This document shows positions 59,136 to 64,000 of a stretch of 64,000 nucleotides of DNA, in pieces. The notes beneath the pieces are model-generated. The model was not told where the DNA came from. It made no database searches and saw only the letters and a list, made by a program, of their open reading frames with translations. A program made the position numbers and the translations under genes. How positions within the stretch are numbered: the stretch's first letter is position 1; each line of letters starts with the position of its first letter. This DNA is from Cyanidioschyzon merolae (lineage: Eukaryota), in NCBI GenBank assembly GCA_000091205.1, contig AP006501.2; one strand, given 5' to 3'.

Positions 59136-59955
59136 ATGGTGGTCGACGCAGCGTAGATATCAGCGCGCTCCACAAATGCATATATCCGCCTCAGTTTCCA
59201 TGCATCTAAATCTAAAAACGGCATGTTTATCAGCAGCCTCGAAGCGATCGCCGGCTGCATGGCATGGGACGTGGATCGTCCTGAACCTCAGCGCTTTCCG
59301 TCATAGAGTATTTGCGCAGCAACGGGAGCGTACGCACGGCAGCTGTCCATGGAGCTCAGAACCGGGAGCATCCTTGCAGAAGCATATATGCGATGCTCGT
59401 ACCTTGATCTTGACGCAGAGCAGTTCACAGCATACGGGATACAACTTATCGCCATGCACAAGATTTTTCACGTTTTACACTGAACCTTGGTGGATGCGAA
59501 GCCACTTTTTCGGGCAGGTGAGACATCAGCGATGATGCGAAAGGCAACAAAGTCGTGTGCCGGCCACAGATCTGTTGTTCTGAACCTGAAACCATAGAAC
59601 GGATGGCATGGATTTGGATATGGCAAAAATTGACAGGCAGCGATTTTCTTTAGTCGTCCAAAGAGCAGGCATAGCGTGAGGATGTCGACCGGGCACACGC
59701 AGCAACGAATGGTTTCCTCAGTCCACGTCCGCGCATCTATTGTAATAAACCGTGTTGTGATCAGATCATATGTGTTGTCTGCGATTTAGGCCAGCTGCCG
59801 CGAAGAACATTGCATGTTATCAACTGGCGGTAAAGCGACTTGTAGAATATCACGACCTCCGTTTGCCAAGATGTTGATAGATGGAGGGCATCCCCGTGCC
59901 TATGGCCATGCGCACACTCTCAACACGACCAACCGAACTCCTTCAGTGATTGGTG

Positions 59956-60243
59956 CTACGAGCCGTAAAGGATTTACGCAGTGAACATCATTTCCCGACG
60001 TGCTTGAGTGCAATGTCGAGTTACACGCGGTGCATACTGCTGCTATTGCTGCTACGAGCCGTAATCGATTTACGCAGTGAACATCATTTTCCGACGTGCT
60101 TGAGTGCAATGTCGAGTTACATGCGGTGCATACTGCTGCTATTGCTGCTACGAGCCGTAATGGATTTGCGCAGTGAACATCATTTTCCGACGTGCTTCAG
60201 TGCAATGTCGAGTTACACGCTGTGACAACAGCAGGAGCAGGAG
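59956..60243. repeat. 96-bp minisatellite, 3 copies, followed by a short (GCA/GCAG)n tract
   Basis: The unit ctacgagccgtaa[a/t][g/c]gatttacgcagtgaacatcattt[c/t]ccgacgtgcttgagtgcaatgtcgagttaca[c/t]gcggtgcatactgctgctattgctg starts at 59956, 60052 and 60148. A gcaggagcaggaggagcagcagcagcagcac tract sits at about 60230-60262. Confidence 0.9.
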
Positions 60244-60308
60244 GAGCAGCAGCAGCAGCACTAGTTCCTACGGCTACTGTTCCAGACTGCAGATTTTCGC
60301 TGCAAGTC

Positions 60309-62279
60309 TCAAATTCCCGACCGACTTCGACGCGACTGGCGAGCTTCACTCAGCGCTTGCTGTTGCCAGTAGGTGTAGATTTGTTCAGGCGTCTTGCTGG
60401 GAATGCGATCCGCAAGACGTCGCCAGTCCGCTCCGAGCTCCGAAAAAGCCTCTGCAAAAAGTATCTCCTCCTCTGGAGTCCAGATTGCAAAAGCGCTACC
60501 ACGACCAGAACCAGCTACAGCCGTTCCTCGACTGCCACTCCACTCCAGCGCTGTGGATGCAGCAACGTTACCCCGCCGCTCTGCCTGCTTGCCGTGAACA
60601 GAGGTGTCGCGCTCTCCGTCGCCTTTGGTGGGCGCTGCTTCACCCTCGGGTCGTTGGGAAACTTCGGGCTCGCGCTCCTGCAGTGGTAAGTAGCGGTCGA
60701 GACCCAGTCGCCTTCGATTCATTCGAAAGAACTCTGCACATTCGCGAGCAGTGCGTGTACCTAGAAACGAGGCAATGGCGCGAAAGTTTGTTCCAAACTG
60801 GGACAAACCCTGATAAAACAGACCCAGTTCATCCTCAGTCCATGGACGTTCAAAGGCTGACAGCACGCCCACCACCCCACTAGAAGCTGCTACCGCCGGA
60901 GTTTTTGTATCAGAAGCAGGCACCCAAAGTGAAATCGGTTGACTTGCGTACACCAGAAACGGCACCGAGTCAGCGTCAAAGCAGAGTTGCACGGGAACAT
61001 TGGCCCGCCGCAAGCGTTGATACGTGCGAAACGCGCCCCGTAGTCCCAAGCGCAGTTTGTTCTGAAAATAGAAAAGAACGCAGTCCGCTGTCGTCTTAAA
61101 GTCCAAAAATGAGGCAATGGTCCTAAAATCCTTGTAGTACATTAGAAACTTTTCAATAAAGATGCGTTGTTCCCAGGCTGTCCAAGGATTCACCAGCTGT
61201 GCCTCCTGATACGCCGCAACTGCGTCCTTCACAAGCACACTGCCTCCGTCATAACGAGCTGTTGAGCAGGGCAGCCACTCTTGGTCAGGAATGGGTGCCA
61301 GGTTACGAGACCAGCGAGACCGACCTCCTGCGGTTCCACCATCCATTTCGATTTCGAAGAGGTAGGTATCCAGGTCGGCCAGCACGGTGGTTCGCTGCTG
61401 GGATAACGCACTGGTATCCAAAGAACGAGCAGCGAGGAAGAGGTAGCGATCGCGGTACTGAGTCCGAGCCCGCTCTCGCTCATCCCGTTGACTCTCAGCA
61501 CGTCGAAGGCGTTGCCGCCATGCCGCGGTTAACGCGTCATACTGGTGCCGCAACGCTCGAGCATACTTTCGGTGCCATCGGTAGAGGTCGCGGAATACTT
61601 GCATCAGCACCGATCTTTCCGCTGTGAGTAGCGAAGCATCCTTTGGATACGAAGTGAGGCTCTCGCTTGGATGCCTCTCCCGAGCGCCTACGTTTGGGCT
61701 AACGCCGGCTGCCCCTGAAGCCGCTATCGTGCCACTCGGCACGATTACTGTGCTCCTCATGGTATCGCTCCAGTACTGTAGGGCATGGTCCGCGGCGTGT
61801 TCCTGTTTGTGGACGAGCAAGTCCGCAACAGCTGTAGAGCCAGCAACAAGTGCCGTTTCCCATTCCAAAGCATCGAGCTGGTCTGTCCCCGGCAAGTGCT
61901 GTGCTAGCCGCTCGTGCGCGGCCGCTACGGCTTTCCGACTATCGCCCAGAACTTGTTCCACAATATCAGCTAGCTCTCGACACTCAAGCACTGAGTCTAC
62001 GGGAGCACTGGGTCCTCTCGAAGCACCAACATCAGCGTACGACTCGGTCGCTACAGACGACTCCTGCGCTGTTGCAGCACGCTGCTGGCAAGTTCTGAGC
62101 TTCTCCTCCGTTTGACGCAGCGCCTCTTCAATCTCCTGAATTCGACGAAGTAGGTGCGCCTTCTTTTCTTTGTATGAAGCTTCCCCAAAAGGTTCTGAAG
62201 CACGCTCAGTTTGTCCTGGGTCGCCTTTTGGCGCGGCAATAGAGACTGCCCTCGCCACGGAGCCAGTAGCGCGTTCCAT
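60309..62279 (-). CDS. SANT/Myb-domain protein, N-CoR/SMRT corepressor-like arrangement (three SANT repeats)
   Basis: SANT-like repeats are WTAWEQRIFIEKFLMYYKDFRTIASFLDFKTTADCVLFYF, WTEDELGLFYQGLSQFGTNFRAIASFLGTRTARECAEFF and WTPEEEILFAEAFSELGADWRRLADRIPSKTPEQIYTYWQ. Coiled-coil segments are rich in E/R/Q. Confidence 0.7.
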   Translation of the reverse strand: MERATGSVARAVSIAAPKGDPGQTERASEPFGEASYKEKKAHLLRRIQEIEEALRQTEEKLRTCQQRAATAQESSVATESYADVGASRGPSAPVDSVLECRELADIVEQVLGDSRKAVAAAHERLAQHLPGTDQLDALEWETALVAGSTAVADLLVHKQEHAADHALQYWSDTMRSTVIVPSGTIAASGAAGVSPNVGARERHPSESLTSYPKDASLLTAERSVLMQVFRDLYRWHRKYARALRHQYDALTAAWRQRLRRAESQRDERERARTQYRDRYLFLAARSLDTSALSQQRTTVLADLDTYLFEIEMDGGTAGGRSRWSRNLAPIPDQEWLPCSTARYDGGSVLVKDAVAAYQEAQLVNPWTAWEQRIFIEKFLMYYKDFRTIASFLDFKTTADCVLFYFQNKLRLGLRGAFRTYQRLRRANVPVQLCFDADSVPFLVYASQPISLWVPASDTKTPAVAASSGVVGVLSAFERPWTEDELGLFYQGLSQFGTNFRAIASFLGTRTARECAEFFRMNRRRLGLDRYLPLQEREPEVSQRPEGEAAPTKGDGERDTSVHGKQAERRGNVAASTALEWSGSRGTAVAGSGRGSAFAIWTPEEEILFAEAFSELGADWRRLADRIPSKTPEQIYTYWQQQALSEARQSRRSRSGI

Positions 62280-62864
62280 GTTCTGGGACCGTTGACCTTC
62301 GAAGCAACATACACGCCCAAGATGAACACTTTGCGCCCTACAAACAGTAGCGAGGAGCTAATTCCGGTGCAAAGCAGCCTGCGCTATCTTTGGAACGCTT
62401 CAACGGAAATAAGGGCACGCGTTCAATGCACTTGTGAGCGCACCCATTCAGGGGCCGGTGGAAGCTCACCACATACGCAAGTGACCACGATATATGCTTG
62501 AGAAAAGGCCACGGGTGATCACAAAACGCAACCTATGTGCAGTTTGTCTGGAAGCGCATATTCCCCTACAAACTGCTGAAGGGACAGCGCGGACAGAGCG
62601 TGTTTACGAGTACAAGAGTAAGCGCGGTCCCTATCAGAAAACACAACAGAGTGTTGTCTGTGAAAGCCTCAATCACTACTCTTCTAGCGCATACAACGCC
62701 CAGGTTGACACCTGCCGCAACGACTCAGAAAGACAGGGGTTATGTTCCTTGAGAGCGACCGAGTGTCCAGTTGCACTGCGTCAAACGCCCGCCCAGGGTC
62801 ACCGTTCTCCGCTCGGGACACCGAGCACCACGCCTCAGCACTGAAACCCACTCGGAAAGTTGCA

Positions 62865-63441
62865 CTAGGGCGTCTCGGGTTCTGTGGGTAGTGTATCCCA
62901 CTGCACCAAAGCGTCGCTATTCGATGCTGTGGCAGTGACGCTTTCCCGTTGCAGCGCTGTTTTCCACTGGAAAAAGTTGCAGCGGCCGCCACGTTCAATC
63001 GGTCCCGCTGGTCTGCGGCAAACATAGAATTGGCGTCCCCGATGTGGACCCTGTTTCACTGTACGAAGAACAGCAGGTTCCTGGTGGCCGTGGCACCGCG
63101 GAGTACCCCGTCGTGGGCTGTCTGCACTCGGTACTGCAAGTAAAGCCCGCCACGCTTTCGTATCTGTCTTGCGCACCGACGGACGACTCGACATCTCATC
63201 AGCTTGAAGCGGGTCACTGAGCTTTCGCTGAGCTGAGACAACCAGAGGCGTCTCCCGCGTAGTTGTCGCCTGGGGCTGCGTCCGCCTTATGTATCGCTCC
63301 AGGGTGAGCTGCTGTGCGCTCGCTGGTGCGGGGTCGGCAGCTTCTTTGGACCCAGCCGAGGCCTCATGGAGTTTGGAAAGCGTGGCGTTCTTAGTCCTTG
63401 CACTTCCAATCGTCGGTAACGAGGCTGTGTCGGTGGGAGTC

Positions 63442-63478
<37 letters not shown>

Positions 63479-63989
63479 ACTCAGATGCGTGAGGCGCTTC
63501 GCAAGGCTTGCTACCGCAAGGCAGACCATGTGCCGCGGCACTCCAAGCTGCCTGAACTGGGGGCGAACACGCACGCCGTCCTTCACGTTCCAGATGGAGC
63601 CGATCCATATGGTGAGGCACTGATACCGGCAGTTCTTTGCATGCGGCGAGAGCGTTCGTGCTCCGCTTGAGATGCGGTGACCGCATCGATACATCCAACT
63701 GGCCTTGTTCGGATGATTCTTGCCCCTGACCCGTTGTAAGTAGTTCCGCGATTATCGCTCGCGTCGTCCTTGTCGACAAGCGAGAGTTCGTTGCTTCGGA
63801 AGCGCTGAGCTCGGGCTTCTGATGCTGCTTCCAGAAACTGTAAATATCTGAAGATATTTGGGGCTGAGCGTCCTGCGAAGCTGCTGCTGCGGCTGCTGCT
63901 GTATGAGCATCTGTGATGATGCTCTGTGGTGAGTTCGCGGCGAGCCCCTGGATCGCCTTTTGCGAAACTTGCCGCTCTATTGCTTGCAC
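62865..63989 (-). CDS. GRF-type zinc-finger protein with poly-Ala / poly-Leu tracts; 5' end may extend beyond the window
   Basis: C-terminal CHGHQEPAVLRTVKQGPHRGRQFYVCRRPAGPIERGGRCNFFQW follows the zf-GRF pattern (C..H......K.G.N.GR.FY.C........C.FF.W). A (GCN)n-encoded poly-Ala and a (CAG/CTG)n tract sit at about 63440-63480. Confidence 0.55.
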
Positions 63990-64000
63990 GAGGGAGACAC

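Overview
This is a eukaryotic nuclear-genome window: GC-rich, long uninterrupted ORFs, few obvious introns, and clearly eukaryotic housekeeping genes. The ORF track uses alternative start codons, so several 5' ends were trimmed to the first ATG.

Host genes I can support, in order:
- NVL/Rix7-type AAA ATPase (2-1063 +), 3' part only; the 5' end runs off the window.
- Class III alcohol dehydrogenase / GSNOR (1089-2237 -).
- 1490-aa Ser-rich protein (3055-7527 -) built on ten near-identical 207-bp tandem repeats (about 4683-6775).
- ClpB/Hsp78-type disaggregase with an N-terminal extension (10383-13043 -).
- SEC11 signal peptidase (16092-16799 +).
- SufE-BolA fusion protein (16820-17782 -).
- M3 metallopeptidase (18867-20681 -).
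- DnaJ-type CxxCxGxG zinc-finger membrane protein (22539-23408 +).
- TRM1 tRNA methyltransferase (30034-31566 -).
- ESF1 (35925-37754 -) and mitochondrial ribosomal protein L47 (38870-39418 -).
- TAF12 (54068-54523 +), NF-X1-type zinc-finger protein (54924-57371 -), a Ser/Thr kinase (57927-59135 +), a SANT-domain protein (60309-62279 -) and a GRF-zinc-finger protein (62865-63989 -).
- Several low-confidence hypothetical ORFs.

The most interesting content is accessory. Three decayed copies of a TnpB/Fanzor-like RuvC-nuclease gene sit at 14066-15940 (+), 20961-22466 (-) and 47678-49099 (-). Copy A keeps a single reading frame over 1.9 kb, broken only by five in-frame stop codons. A 1.29-kb direct repeat pair (32004-33291 and 50363-51650, about 99% identical, 18 kb apart) carries an ORF homologous to the N-terminal part of copy A.

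The SufE-BolA fusion and the DnaJ-type zinc-finger membrane protein suggest a plastid-bearing alga or protist. I found no rRNA, CRISPR array or convincing tRNA by eye.
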